From: Vermamoeba vermiformis
Taxonomy: Eukaryota
Reading direction: 5' to 3'
Assembly: GCA_045837725.1 (NCBI GenBank)
Contig: JBEWZL010000227.1
Coordinates: forward strand, 62,001 to 126,000
DNA: 64,000 nt
The notes beneath the pieces were generated by a model. The model was given only the letters and a program-made list of their open reading frames with translations, was not told the DNA's origin and ran no database searches. Every line of letters begins with the position of its first letter. The first letter of the stretch is position 1. Positions 39,720 to 54,019 of the stretch are shown here, piece by piece. Both the position numbers and the translations under genes were made by a program.

Positions 39720-40011
39720 TGTACCGAAATAACTGTACTGTGGTAATTAAATACAAATTTATAACTTCCTGCGCTTACGTCGGCATGCAATTTCACGTAA
39801 CGGAATAATTGCCTCCCACGAAAAAAAGGGAGGAAATTCAAGCCAAAAATTCCTGCGCAAAAAAAGCGAGCCAAGTTTTAGCGAATCGACGTAAGCACGC
39901 AACATGTGCAATTTCTCTTAAAAGAACGAGTTAGGTTAAAAATATCTTTTTTGTTCTGCAGGAAGATCCACAACACCATACAAGTTTATTTAAACGTACT
40001 CCAGCAAACAG

Positions 40012-41671
40012 ATGGCGCTCTCGATAATCCAAGGCCTCGTGGACAACGGCGCTTCGTGAGTACAATAATTTTATAATTCAGAAATTCCAAATTTATTTGT
40101 CTTCAAGTAAAACTCTTTAAACTAACGGTGGATGTAGGTCACTTCGAAGCTTGCATAACCGCTTCAATAAGTTCACTGACGAGCTGGACGAAAAGTTGCC
40201 TACTCTATTCCACAACTTGGTTCAACCCTCGCGTCGCAATAATAACGGAGATCAAATAGAGAATCAATTTCACGAGCTAATTTGGGATCTACCGCAAAAA
40301 CAAAAGTCGATCCTGATTACAGAGGACAGTTTGCCCGAAGAAATTTTGATATTGATATTCAAGTACTTGGGTCCTAGTCCTAAAGAACTCTTAACTACAG
40401 CAGTTGTATCAAAGTAAGTGTTAGAATTCTGCACGAGAAAACGTTTAAAAAGAACTAAAATTTGAATTATTTTTCAGGCAATGGTACAGATTATCTTTCG
40501 ATCAAGAAGTATGGGAGACCTTATTCTACAGACAAGAGTCGCATTGGGACAGCTTAGTCTCGATTCACGACGAAAAGCAAGATCTCGGCAAGAAACTTTT
40601 GGACACGGGATCTAAGATCCTGCAATCAATTTTCAAGACCTCAGACACTCCTACTGAAGAAGACGAGGCCCTTCAAGTATATGACTGGCGCAAATCATAT
40701 ATCAAGCAGTACATCCACAACACCATTGTCGCCAAACGCATCCACTCGCACATCCAGTCAATCCGCAAGAACGTCGTCGATAATGAAAATTACGCATTTG
40801 TTCAGCCGTTAATGAATCCGTGGGAAATGAAATCACCCTTCGCTGAATCAGTGCGAAATCCGTTCACGAAGAAAGTCTTTCGAGTTCCAATGTTCGGCGA
40901 GGTAAGTTCATGATTGAAACTTGACACGTGTCATTCACAAGACCCTAACGATACTTAACTTTTAAGGGTCTCGAGACTAGTGCTAAAAAGCTAGTGTACA
41001 ATATGATGTGGGGTGATAAGTCACTGTTCAAGATCAGCAATTTGTACCCTGGTGTCGAAGGCATCGGATCCGGCGTAGGCTTTGAACTGATCAACGGCGC
41101 AGAGATTAACCTTGCAGTGATGCATCGTTATGAAGACAGAAAAGTGTTTGAATCCGTCAGACCCAAATGGCGCAAATTTTTCAAGAATTCTGAAGGCTTC
41201 ATTTTCGTCATGAGCCACGAAGTCGATATTGCAAAGACGAAGAAAGAAATGGACAATTTCATTAACGACCAGTGGACACGACCTGATGCACCACTATTGA
41301 TATTATTTGATCCTAATATCACTGGTCCCGTGCCTGACGAAGGTGAAGAGGATCCGATTCTTCAGAATAACAACACCGAGCCTGCCGTTACCGAGAATAG
41401 AGACATGTATAATGATCTATTAGGCGAGCAAGCTGATGCCGACAATGCATCGGAAAACTCCGCGGAAAGTTTGCAATCTTCGACAAGTTCAGCGGATGCA
41501 CCTCCGACCGAAGAAAAGAAAGTGAATTATTTGGCGGGAAAACGACCAATTGATATTGTCAAAGAATTAGGCTTGGAACATATGAAGCGAAAATGGTGCG
41601 TTAGAAGATTTAACGCGAAGAGTTTGGATGGAGTTTATGAAGCGTTATTGTGGCTTACCACCAATAACTAA
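40012..41671 (+). CDS. FBXO4: FBXO4-like F-box protein with C-terminal small-GTPase-like domain
   Basis: F-box SLPEEILILIFKYLGPSPKELLTTAVVSK; VPMFGEGLETS and EGIGSGVGF resemble the FBXO4 MFGPGLE/DGIGSGV motifs; Arf-like GFIFV and DGVYEALLWL. Confidence 0.8.
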
Positions 41672-41842
41672 ATGCTCCTATTATCTTATTTAACTGTATT
41701 ATATTGTAAATAAACCATATTAACGCATCAATGTATTAAATTTCAAATTCAAAATTTTGGTCGTTGGATGTAGATCCAGAACTTTTTCTTTCGAAAGCTA
41801 ATTTATTGATTTAGTATTATTTGCAAAGCACGCTTACATGCT

Positions 41843-43968
41843 CTAGTAATATAGCTTGATCAATTCGTCGGATACAGCTGAAGGTGTCAAGACGCCCAGA
41901 TCCGTGAACAAAAGTGTAATGTACTGCGGTGGTGTGTAATCCAACATTGGTGTCTCCAACTATATAACACGCCATTAATATACTATACACTATTAATATA
42001 GAATATGAGCGACCTACCTTCAAATTGTTCGAGTCGTCTTTGCTCAGATCAGCAGGAATAATATTTTTCAATTCTTCGCCACGATTCGGTGCTGCGCGAT
42101 TGGGAATTTCGAGTTGAGTAAGAGGATACAAACTACGTTACAACAGCTATTAGTATCCAAATATAGAACAATTTCAATTATTGAATTGTTAATCGTACCG
42201 AGTAAATTTGAAGCTTTCAGCGGCCACATAGCACGGTTTGTTCATTGCTTTCGCCAAAATACCGATTTGATAAGTACCGACCTAAGCATTAATATTATAT
42301 TAATTCATTATTTAAAGCTTGAAGACATCGTGGATTAAGCACGTCCAACAGCGTCTTTTCGACCAAATAAAAATTAACTCTAATTATTCGAAGAATTTAT
42401 AATAGTTAATTGAGTTTAAACGGTTAGTGCCGTAATTACCTTATTAATGACACCTCCGCTTTCAACGACGGCTTCGGCACCAACTAAAACCATATCGACC
42501 TGATAAATTGTTAGTATTATTATTATTTAGGTATTTAATACTGATATTAAACGTACTTGATTCATAATATACGCAGCGGTGCTGTCAGGAATAATTGTAA
42601 TGGGAACTTTGTTCTTCAATAGCGTATCAACTGCCTTCTTACTAAATAAGGAATATCCTATGTCAATACCGACGCTCTAATAATCCAAAAATAGCATTAT
42701 ATTACGTACACGTTAGTCTCGGGCTTGGACTCGGTCAAAATCACTCTGAATCGTTTCTTCTTCTCCAACGCTGCCATTAACACTGACAACACTACTCGAC
42801 TGTAACCGTGCGTCAACACGATCTAAAAATAGGTTCGTTAATGCTATTACCAAATAAGGAAACTAGAATTTATCATCAATTTAGTGCAACAAAACTCGGA
42901 AATAAAAGTCCCAACAAAATTGATAATGAATGCAAACAGATGACATTTCCTAATAAGGAAAGTCGTAGTTTGATGCGTACCATGCCGTCTTGAATAAAAG
43001 TCTCGCCCAATGTACTGATGCGCATTCGACTCGTCTGTGTTTTCTTTGTGAATTGTTCTCCTCGATTAATCAGCTTTTGTTTGCATTGTTCAAAGTCCTA
43101 AATGTATTATCCAAATTAGGAAACACTTGCCACATATAGTAAATCAAAATAATGAATTGTTTTATGGTTGTTAAGTTTCGATAAAAAGCGGATCTGGACC
43201 ATAATGTATATGATAGATATGTATGGGTCATATATATACTTACGGGGATGTCGAGATAAGTGCGTGTGACATAACGTTGAAATAAATCGCAGCCTGATTT
43301 GAGCGACAAAGAGCTGCTAACTTGACTGATCGCTTTGACAGCTTCTTCGAGTTCAATTTGCAAACCCATCATTGTTTCGGCTATAAAATTATTAGAAATA
43401 AGGATGATAATTCATTTAATATGATTTCTATATTAATTCGTTTCGAAGGACTACAAATAATGAATGAATTTTTGAATTTTCAGATCCGGCATTAAAAATC
43501 ATTTTAACTTGTTAATTTACGCTTATTCCGGTTAAATATGACAATTAAAATACCTTTGCTCGATCGCACGACTTCTGTTAAAGCTTTTACGCCAGCCATT
43601 GCTTCAGCAAGATTGTGATCCTCTTGCAACCAAGAACGGAATTTCTCGACCACTAAATAATGATTTAATATTAGTATTGTATTAGTGTTACAGAATTAAA
43701 TATTATTTTGGCGAGTAGCGTTCAATTAAAAATCAAAATAATAATTAATTAGTGCGGAATGGTTGTATTGCGCCCAAAATGTTATTCAGTTCGCTAAATA
43801 CGCATAATATGCGAAAAAATAATTATTGGTAATTTTTGAGGATTATTCAGATGATTCTAACAAAAAAATTAAATGGATCGAAAGATCAAGCTTTCTTGTC
43901 CTACAGGCGTATCAATACTTACATAATTGAGGCGAAAATGCGTTTCCTCTAGCTTGTGTATCAGACAT
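41843..43968 (-). CDS. EIF2B1: Translation initiation factor eIF2B alpha subunit
   Basis: [32 protein letters not shown]-like [61 protein letters not shown]. Confidence 0.95.
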
Positions 43969-44207
43969 ATTGACTACTATAAACTGCTGTTATGGTCTAT
44001 CGTGAGATCGAGAACAAAAATGACGTGGGCAAGAAGGAGATCGTAAGCAACACCCCAATAACGTTATTTAAGATAGAAAGCATAGTAATGCTAAACGAAG
44101 TCGGAGTACGATGAAAATCGTTTATTGTAACTTGATACTGTAACAACTAATTCCACCTCGAACAGATCGATCAGCTGTTTAAATTGCACAAGAGCATGCA
44201 AAACAAT

Positions 44208-46303
44208 TTAGTTGAAAGGCTTGTTCTTGATGAAGCGAGTCAACAAGTCAAGAGCAGCGGCGGGCTGAAGAAAGAAAAAACAAAGGTCAGTACGCGAGCC
44301 ACATCCAGACATCCACAAACAAAAAAAAATCTTTAACTTTTCAAAAATGATAGAATTGCCTTATCAGTACTTACTTGATCGTGAGGAACCATGTGGCCAG
44401 CGTTGTAAACAACGGTGAAGGTCAAACCGTTGGCAGTACGAGAGTTACCAACAGCTTGGCCGTTGTAGTTCCAAGTGGTGTTTTGGGCTTGGAGGAAAGC
44501 TTGTTGACCAGACCATTGCATAGTGTTGATCATCTCAGCAGAGCCGTAGAAGTTGCAGATGAAGTCGTAGTTACCTTGCATTAACAAAAGTCAGAAAATT
44601 GTTCAAAGTACGTGATCCACCTCGATCCGAAAATTGGCCAAAAAACCGCCAAGTAATTCCAAAAATATATATATGTAATTTATACATATAAATTATCCAA
44701 ATATTAATACTTACCGTTGTAGATGAGAACACGGACACCGTTGGCCAACAACTTGGGGATGTCGAATCTGTAAGAGGCCTCAAAGTCGTTAACCAAGTAT
44801 TGGTAGACATCAGAGTTGCAAGTAGTCCATGAGACACCGCTGACGCCGAGCTTGTTGATGACGGAGGGTTGAGCCAAGTAGTTGACGATGTTGTCAAAGT
44901 TGTAGCACAATTGACCATCGCATTGCTTGCGGATGTCGTAAACGTTGATGTTACCAGCGGCTTCGAGACCAATCTGGACAACGTTGTTGCAGTCGTTGAA
45001 GGCATCAGAGTAGTCACCAGCTTCGATGTCTTGTTGGCATTGAACGTAGGCTTGGTTCATTTGTTGAACGGTGTCTTGGCCGATCAAACCATTGGCGTAC
45101 AAGAAAGGAGCATAAGACTTGTCTTGGATGAGAGGATCAACCAAACCGTTACCAATAGCAACAGCTGTACGATAAAGCAAGGATTAGTCTTGATGAGGTC
45201 GGAACAGATGCGAATCCGGTTGCGGGTGGGCGGATTTGCTGTTACTTACCCTTCAAGTTGATCTTGAAGCTGCTCTTCTTGTTCATATCGACGATCTTGG
45301 CAGAGATGGCAGGAATGTAGTGCTAAACAAAGCAAGTCAGTCTCAGCAACGAAACAACAAGACTAACTAAAGCAATCCCGCGTGATTTGTAACGGATAAT
45401 TCAACAAGTCGTGAAGCTTCAAATCAAACACTTACTCCGGCATAAGATTCACCAGTGATGTAGAAGTCACGACCAACGAACTTGGGGTACTTCTTGAAGA
45501 AACCAACGAGGAAAGTGTAGAAGTCATCGGCGACTTGATCTTCGTTTTGAACATAACCGTTGGGGTCAGTGACGTAAGAGTAGCCAGTGCTACAAATTGG
45601 CGAACATTAGTTTACTAGTTATTAGAACGATCAGTCGCAGCGAAACATACCCTCCCGGTTGATCGACGTAGAGCAAATTGGCGTGAGAGTTCCAACTGTG
45701 CAATCAATCGTTAGATTCTTGTTTATTCACTACGCGTAAAAAGATGCATTGCGAGTTATAGATAAAAGCTCCGTTCTCAAAAGAGAATCTGATCGACAAA
45801 GGAAAATGCCAACGAAATTTTTAATCAAATAAAATTATTTAACCTATTTATAAAGATATTCGCATAAATATAACCATAATCCTCACAATTTACCATCTTT
45901 AAAGCCAAAACATTTGAATAAAAATAAAAGATATTTGTGGATCGTAATAAATCTGGTGCGAGAACTTACGTGTAAGGGTTGAAAGTAAGAGTCAAGTCAT
46001 CATTGACAGTGTAAGGACCGTTCTCGAAGAACAAGGCCATTTCAGAAGAGCAGCCAGGTCCACCAGTCAACCAAACAACGAGAGGATCAGTTGCGGGCTT
46101 GTCCAAAGAGTCGAACTCCCAGTAGAACAAGTTGACACCATATTGGCTATAATATTAGAAGGGTTAATAAAGATAAAACGAGCAGATCTCGCGACGGATT
46201 ACCTGTTGGCGTTGATGTAACCGTAGTTTTGAGTGATGTTGGGGAAAGTGATTTGGGCAAAAGCCACAGCCACAAAGGCTGCAAATACAATCAAGACTTT
46301 CAT
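44208..46303 (-). CDS. Serine carboxypeptidase, peptidase family S10 (copy B, inverted paralog of copy A)
   Basis: Same exon structure and catalytic motifs as 30006-32068 ([23 protein letters not shown]). Confidence 0.95.
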
Positions 46304-46592
46304 CGTTGTTTGTTGAAAGGATAACAAAACTAAAAATAAAAAAAGCTCGTTAAAAAATCGAGCGAAAGAATTTTCTGACGAAGATTCTAACTTCGGAGAA
46401 GGTGATCGCAGCTACTAGAACTCCTAATTTTAGGCAACCTTAATCTAACTTGACTAAACGCACAATCAGTATCTTTCGCAGGTTTTTCGGTTGATTCATA
46501 AATAATAAACAAGGTTTGGTCTTCCTTGTATTTTAGTCGATTCTCGAGCACCAAACACGAAAATTATGATCTCACTGTAAAGAATTATTACG

Positions 46593-49054
46593 ATGGATGG
46601 TGACTGCCTTCCCACAGAGGTTCTGGAGGCGATCCTACGTTACCTTGACGGTCTTACTTTAATTTCGGTTCTATGCGTTAATAAGCGTTGGAATAATTTC
46701 AGCTATTTATGGGAGGTAATTACTTATTCAAATGATAACTTGCCAGTCCCGGATTGAGCCAAATTATTAAATTTGCTCTACTTAATTGTATTTGTATATT
46801 GCTTTCTTATCGGGTATATACATTCGTTTTGATGTATAATGAAAAGATTATTATTTGATTTAACACCAATATTCCAGAACGCAATGCGGATTTCGAAAAT
46901 CCCGTTTGACACCTACCGAGGAAACGCTAAGAGATGGCAGCAGGTTAGCCAAGCCTTTGTTAACGCCATTAAATACTTAGAAGATGGCAAGTAGGTCGAA
47001 TCAAGCATTAAAGGCATGATTTTCTGTCTAGATCTCTCTAACTCGTACCTGAACAGATGTGTTTTTAATTACCTCACAACTTCTACAAAAGACAGTAGTA
47101 TAAGCAAGATTGCGCGAGTTACGTCTGTATGGCAAAATTACATTTTGATGAAGAGAGCGCGGGTCCATTTGTAAGCAAAATGTTAGTGATATCGCCTAAT
47201 TTTTGGACATACGACTCATCAATACTCCGTACAGAAACGATAAAGCTAAATATTACCAGCCCGAGATGTTTGTTGAACTTTGGGATCTCGAAAGTAAGAA
47301 ACCGATTTGGAGCTGCGAGGGAGTCAAAGTGGCGTTTATTGCCAATGGATACGCGTTTAAGGACGATTTAACCGAGTATTATGAATATATGCCTAGTTGT
47401 ATTCTGCCGTACAAAAAAATTGGATCCGATTACAAATGCATTTTTGGATCAAGTAAGGCCCTTCGCGCACAAATGCCAGCTAATGCCAATGGATGGACAA
47501 AGCGTACGGTGTTATTCAATATCGTACATTATTTAACATTTAATTAGGTAAGCTAACTCGAGTGTTAAACCTTGATCCAACTTCAAATCTTATTGGCTTG
47601 CAACATGAAGAAGTAGATACGTATGTAAATTTATTTGTAGTGATATTAATACTAACTTCCAACGCAGTCCAAACATAGAGGTTTTTGCGTTCATTTTTGA
47701 CCTGGATCAGGAAAAACTAATTCTCAAAGTCGAGTACCATCGAGGTTTTATTCCCTTATTATATGGACATAAGATGTTCTTTAAAATAGATAAATGTAAG
47801 TATGATGGTATTCGAATAGTACCTGACTAACAAAATTCCAGATCTTTACCAAACTGACGTTTACACGGGCCAACGCGAACTGCTGGCAGATGATTTTGAC
47901 GTGCTAATAGTTAAAGGGAATACGGTACGTATGTTTAGGGCGCTTATTGTCCTAAATACTGACGCTACTAATAGGCATTTGGAAAATATGATGGCAAACT
48001 GACGAAATTGGATCTAACAACGAGAGAAAAAACCATACTTAATGATTTGAACCTCCATTCGGTATTGTTCTTAGTGTTATATTAGTACACTAGCTTTGTG
48101 CAATACTAACATTTCCAATTAAAAGGATGCCGTACTAAGTTTTTGTAACGGGTTATTGGTGCTAATACAGCGCCGAGCAGAGCTTTCCATTATCGACCCT
48201 AGAGATGGAAAATTACTACGAAGATTTTCATTCGAAGGAGAGTATCCCTTGCAGTGCAGCGAGGTACGATCTAGATGCCTTTTCTCTCCGAATTAATTGA
48301 GTTAAAAGTTATACAACGGAGACCTATTACTATATAATGAAGTCATGGTCGGAGTGTTTAGCTTGAGAAAAGAGATCGTAGAACACGAAATGGAGTTACT
48401 CGCAGTTAATTCAAACGGAAAAACTGAGGTAAGCCCAACGGCTCAAGACGCTTTCAATATAAACTTTATAATAATATTATTATATTAGGCATTCAAGATC
48501 GTGCAAGGAGACCTTCACAAGTTCTTAAAGTTGCCGCGCTTTACTTCAAAAATATTTTTGGAAAATGACAACGAACGGTAAGTCATTTGGCTGCTTAGAT
48601 AAAGAATTGATTTATCATAAGCATATTATATTATTAATATCCCATAATAATGTCTTTTGCTACGGAAATTGTAACGGATCTGGAGCTCCACCTATATTTA
48701 CTTTGACACTACACGTGAACTTACCTAGCCATATTAATCAATGCACTAATTTATATTCGCAGGTACGGAATAATATTTGCCAATTTGGAGTTCGGAAAAC
48801 AGCCGCATCCGTTCGCCGAAAAGCTCTTCGCGGCGAGTAACGTTAACCTACCGCCTAATGCTATAGGCAGGTTTGATATGGACTTTGAAGAAGAGCGAAG
48901 CATGCTCACATATTGTTATAACAATACTAAGGCTGCTGCGTCCTTTCCAGTCTGGTTGTTCTACGAGCAGTTAATTGCAGGTCAATTTGTAAAGAGCGCG
49001 CCTAGTGATAAGTGGCAAGGAATTAAAGCGATAATGGCATCCGGTAATAAATAG
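46593..49054 (+). CDS. F-box protein with long, probably beta-rich C-terminal region
   Basis: MDGDCLPTEVLEAILRYLDGLTLISVLCVNKRWN F-box; many short GT-AG introns through to TAG 49054; internal exon boundaries uncertain. Confidence 0.7.
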
Positions 49055-49487
49055 TAGTTAAATTAACTATAGGTGAGACTCGGTGACCATTTACTATTTA
49101 TTTTGAAGAGCGTTCTTTTGTTGTAGCAAACTGCATCCGACTTATTCGTTGAGCTTCGACTTCTGCGTCCATATTAAACCATGTTCGATTATATTATGTC
49201 CACTTTTGTATTTTCTAGCCGATCAATGGTCTTTCGGGAACCGTACGGAAAGTAAGGAATGAGATCGAGATCGATGTCCCCATGAGGATTATCAATTGCA
49301 ATGTTAGAGTTGATTAATGAATCTTTAAACCATAGAGCTTAGAGAAACCCCTCTATCGTATTACGTGTGGATTTTAACCCTCAAGCTCGAAAATTGAATA
49401 ATTTAATATTTTCGGCTAGTATGACACAGCACAAACACGAACAATACGAGTAATTTTAGCCATATAAATAATAATATTAACACAATA

Positions 49488-50829
49488 ATGTGGGGTAACA
49501 AACGGGAAAGTACGGTGCCGTTAACGACCGAACAAAAGGTAAAAAGATCTGATCAATATTTCAATCTACTATTTTATTAATTATTATTTATAGATATTTT
49601 CGTTTATATTTATAATAATATTTCTCTCTTAGGATGCAATTAAAAGGAGAATACTAGCCCGTCAAGAATCCGAAGAAATTGAAATTGATGGTATCCAAAC
49701 AGTTAATTACATTAACGAAGTGCTCAACGAAGCAAAACAAATTAATAGCGACGAGGTTATTATTCATAAAGCTAAATTATTTCGAGGAAACCTAGATCCT
49801 TTGTTGGATCTTTTGACCTCACATCCGTTCATCAAGCTTCGCGGATTAACAGTTTATCCAAAAAATGGACAATTTAATAGTAATGATAGTAATAATAATA
49901 ATCTCGAGCTAGTATTAGAAAATGCCAAACGGATCGCAGATGTGATCACAAAAACTCCTTCGTTAACTTACTTGGACTTGTCTGATAACAGAGATATCGG
50001 AGATGGATGGACTTATATATTGGATGCTATTAAGAGCCATACAGCCTTGCAAACTTTGGTTCTGAAAAGATGCGATCTGTTTGACCTGACAAATCCGGAT
50101 CTAACTCTGACATCTCTGAACGAAAACAAATCAATAACCGACATAAATATAAGCAATAATATATTTACAAATAGTAGATGGAACATAGCCAACTTAATAC
50201 GAGGCAACAAGAGGTTAAAGGTGCTTCAAGCGAATCTGGTACGCGGCGGTTCTAAAATTGACTTAAAAGAAGTTATAGCGGCATTAAAATTCAATAATAC
50301 ACTCGTTAGTATAAAATTAGATAAATATTCAGATGCGTGGAAGGATATGAAAGAAGTCTTAGTCGGATCTAATGCGAATACGACATTGGAAGCAGTTGAT
50401 TTCTTCGAATTTTCAGCAGCCACATTAGGCACGCCAGAAGATCAAACAGCGGTTGAAATTCTGAGAAAAAATCAATTTTTAACACATATTTCAACGGATA
50501 CGATGTGGCGCTCAGCACATTGGTTGTTACGTCAAAATCGGCTTCGAAAAATAGATGCAAAGAATGTATTTATAGCGGCGCAAGTTATTTTATTGCCACG
50601 TGATCGCGGATTATTCGATTTGCTCCCAAAAGAATTACTTCTGCAAATATTTAACGAAGTACAATATGGCGAAAACTCTGGTGGGGATGAACCCGTCTAT
50701 TTGTTGACTATGAGCCAAATAGAGAAGATTATAGCGATGGCACAGGAAAGAGAAAGATTTTTGAGCGGAGTGGATGATACTAGTGCACGACGACAACAGT
50801 TTTTCAAGTCCTTTTTAACTTGTACCTAA
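49488..50829 (+). CDS. RNI-like leucine-rich-repeat protein with C-terminal F-box-like motif
   Basis: Exon 49488-49538 plus 49633-50829; repeats SLTYLDLSDN, ALQTLVLKRC, SITDINISNN, TLVSIKL; C-terminal FDLLPKELLLQIFNEV. Confidence 0.78.
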
Positions 50830-51200
50830 TTATCGATGCTGTAAATAAAAAATTGTTTCAAACACTCGCAAGCCCACTTCGCTTTGACGTTGGGTCACTT
50901 TTTGCCGTATCTACTGCGAATGATCTTTTCTGCGACACTTAGCTTCTTTACACCGTTGAATAAAATAAGAAATTGCTATTTAGTCCTACGAATTTTGGTA
51001 TGTTAGTCGGAAAAAAGCTGGTTATTGTAACCCGGTACTTAACAGCGTAAATAAGAAATGTAAGGAATGACGGGCAAAACATTTATATCAAACCCTAACC
51101 CTCGACGCGAAAAAAATTGATTTTCTGATTCAAATTTTGAGTACCAGTAAGTTAACTTTACAATCGAGTATTTATTATTTCACATTATTGTTCGTTATTC

Positions 51201-53679
51201 CTATAATACAGCATTGAAATCGTACGAGCGCACTAAGCAATCAAATGACGCCACATAAAAATGATCTGTAACAAAATCTAACGTTAGTCCGAGTCTTCTA
51301 ATGCTTTCAAATAGTATTATTCTAATACATACCATAATCTAGGGCAACTCTAGTCAATCGGTTGTTGCTCACTTTGATCTTGCTTTGCAATCGACCCATG
51401 CGCAAGTCATGCACATGAACTTCACCAGAGAACGACGCCGAGACCAAGCGATGATTTTGGAAGTCAGCGCTATGAACGATACATTAGATATATAGATTAG
51501 GTGCCCGAAAGTAGTTGTATTGCAGCAGCAAAGCGAGTACTAAACTGTCGTACTGAAAGGGCCTATTAACTATGTATACTTACGTTATTCCTGCAACCTC
51601 TAATTGATGTTCTTTGAACGTTGTAATTCCTAAAAAGGAAAGTCAGTTAAAAAAATCATTTCGAATTTTGACGGATCTGAAACGCCTTCAGAAGCTTTTC
51701 GATGATTATAAGGGTTGATAATGAGTATATGTGCTTGTATATATTTCTACGTACTAGTACCGCTTTTCATGTCCCACAAGAAAATTGTAGCGTCAGTGCT
51801 GGATGTGGCCATCAAACCAGTCTCTTCATTCATAGTCAGGCCCCAGACCCAACCACCGTGTCCCTTAAACGTCTTCAACACTTCGCTCTTTTCAGTGTCC
51901 CATAATTTTGCCGTGTAATCATTCGACGCTGACGCCAACTTTGTTCCGCTGTCGTACAAATTCACGCAATTAACGCCGTTATGGTGACCCTAAATATAGA
52001 TCATTATTAATCACATTAATTCATAAGAAAAATATTATTACTATATATAGTAATTCGTACCACCAATTTTTTGATAAGTTTTCCGTTGCTCAGATCCGTC
52101 AAACCAATCACGCTGTCACGGGCTGCACTTGCCAAAATGTTCTTATACGAGTGTAGACCTAGGTATTGCCTTATTAGGAAAGTTCATTGTAATCATTTGC
52201 AGGTCATTTTCTTACCGATTACAGTGCCGTAATGAGTGTTGAGAGTGTAAACCGGATCTATCGTTGGTAATGCTCGCGAGTTCAAAATTTTTGTTACTAT
52301 ATGTATAATAAGCATTATAATAGGGGCTTCATATAATACTACGTTTAGTACTAAAGTACTTACTCAGATCTTGCTTTTCGAAACAATCAGCAAAACTTAT
52401 GTTTTTTGCTTTCAAAATGTCTTTTAATTCTCTAATGCTCATTGAACTCAATTGACTTCTTCGTTCCATATTAAGCCTCCAAACCTAATTCCAAGTCGTT
52501 AGTTCCTTGTGCAAGATCCACCTGCCAAGATCCGATCTTGACTTAGGATTGATTAGGTTAATAATATTTACCTTAACAGTGCCTTGATAATCACCACCAA
52601 TGATCATTTGGTTCTCGGGCGAGTAAGCTAAGCTCAAAAATCCATATTCATTGCCTTCTATATTGTACTCGAGTTGTCCTTTCTGCACATCCCAGATCCT
52701 GTCATAGAATCGAATTAATTACTTGAATTCGATTGGTACGTATTTAATATGGCATGTTATTGCCTCAGTAAGTAAGATCTCCGATAACAACAATTGCGGA
52801 TGAAAATTGCGGAAATTTCATAATCCGATCTATTCATAAACGAGCTGCAGCGTTCATGTAACGGGCGTATTATACAATACAATAGTGCGCTTATCATATA
52901 GTATGTATATAAGGCTTACTTGATAGCTCTGTCATCACCAGCTGTCGCAATCTGGGTGTTTTCTTTTAGCAGATTTACACAAAACACAGTTCCATTGTGT
53001 CCACGTAAAGAAGTGACCTAGGTACATTAAATATGACAGATTAGATATTGATAGTTGTGTACTGATTTAACGCCACGGTAAAATGGAGCTTCAGGTCCGC
53101 TCCGTTTTTCCGTCTCCGGATCGGGATCTGAGGAAAATTCGTTCGAGTAAATATGTTACATGAATAAAAAGCTATATTATAATGATGTATTACGGGTGTT
53201 ATTGTGCTTAAAGAAATTTCAAGCAAGATGCGGTAGAAAAGTTGTTACGAGGAGTTTTTCAGATTTACCTTTGCTTCTCCTTTTTTCCAGTTTCTGTGAG
53301 TTAATAGTCTATTCTTGTATAATGATTTCCAATCGACGTCCGCTGAAACTTTCAAGTTTACGCTCGGCTGGATCTCGTGACCGAACTGATGCACAGAGAA
53401 AAATCTCCAAAATGACCTATCTTGTGCAAGATGGTACCACTAAGTAGGAATAATTAGTTAGCATATTTTTAAATTATTTTCGGAGCAATAAGACGCATCC
53501 AATTCAGATTTGTTTCGGAAACATTCGAACGACGCTAAAAAACTCGTCCCAAATTCCTTTCCTATTAAAAATTAAATACTAACCTTTTTACAAACCAAAG
53601 AAGCCACTAATAGGTCCTTTGGCGACAGCGATGCAAATACAGTCAAGCAAATCTCTTCTGGCAACTCCTGCACGTTCAT
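51201..53679 (-). CDS. F-box/WD40-repeat protein
   Basis: MNVQELPEEICLTVFASLSPKDLLVASLVCK F-box; WD repeats GHNGTV…ATAGDDRAI, GHHNGVNCV…SASNDYTAKLWD, GHGGWVW…DATIFLWD. Confidence 0.9.
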
Positions 53680-54019
53680 AATTCTGCTCCGAATAATTCA
53701 AAAAAATATGTGTTAATTCTTCTCTTGTGTTTGTATGTTCGTGAAGGAGTTTCAACTGGTTTCGGAGCTCGAATTTTGCCTGGTTTGTAATTTCGCCGTC
53801 GGAGAAATGTTACTATTTTTGGATCCTCCGTTACACCGCGGAGGAAGGAGGCAAAATCTACTGTCGCTTAGAGCATATAGTATAGCCATCCCCCGACGAC
53901 CTAAGTATTCGAGTAGAAAGCCACATGAGCGGAGATCTGCTTCTGATGTTGTGGATTGTCGTCTTCTAGAAGGGTTGAAAAATTCTTTAAGGTGCTACTG
54001 TTACTATAACGCGTCGTAA

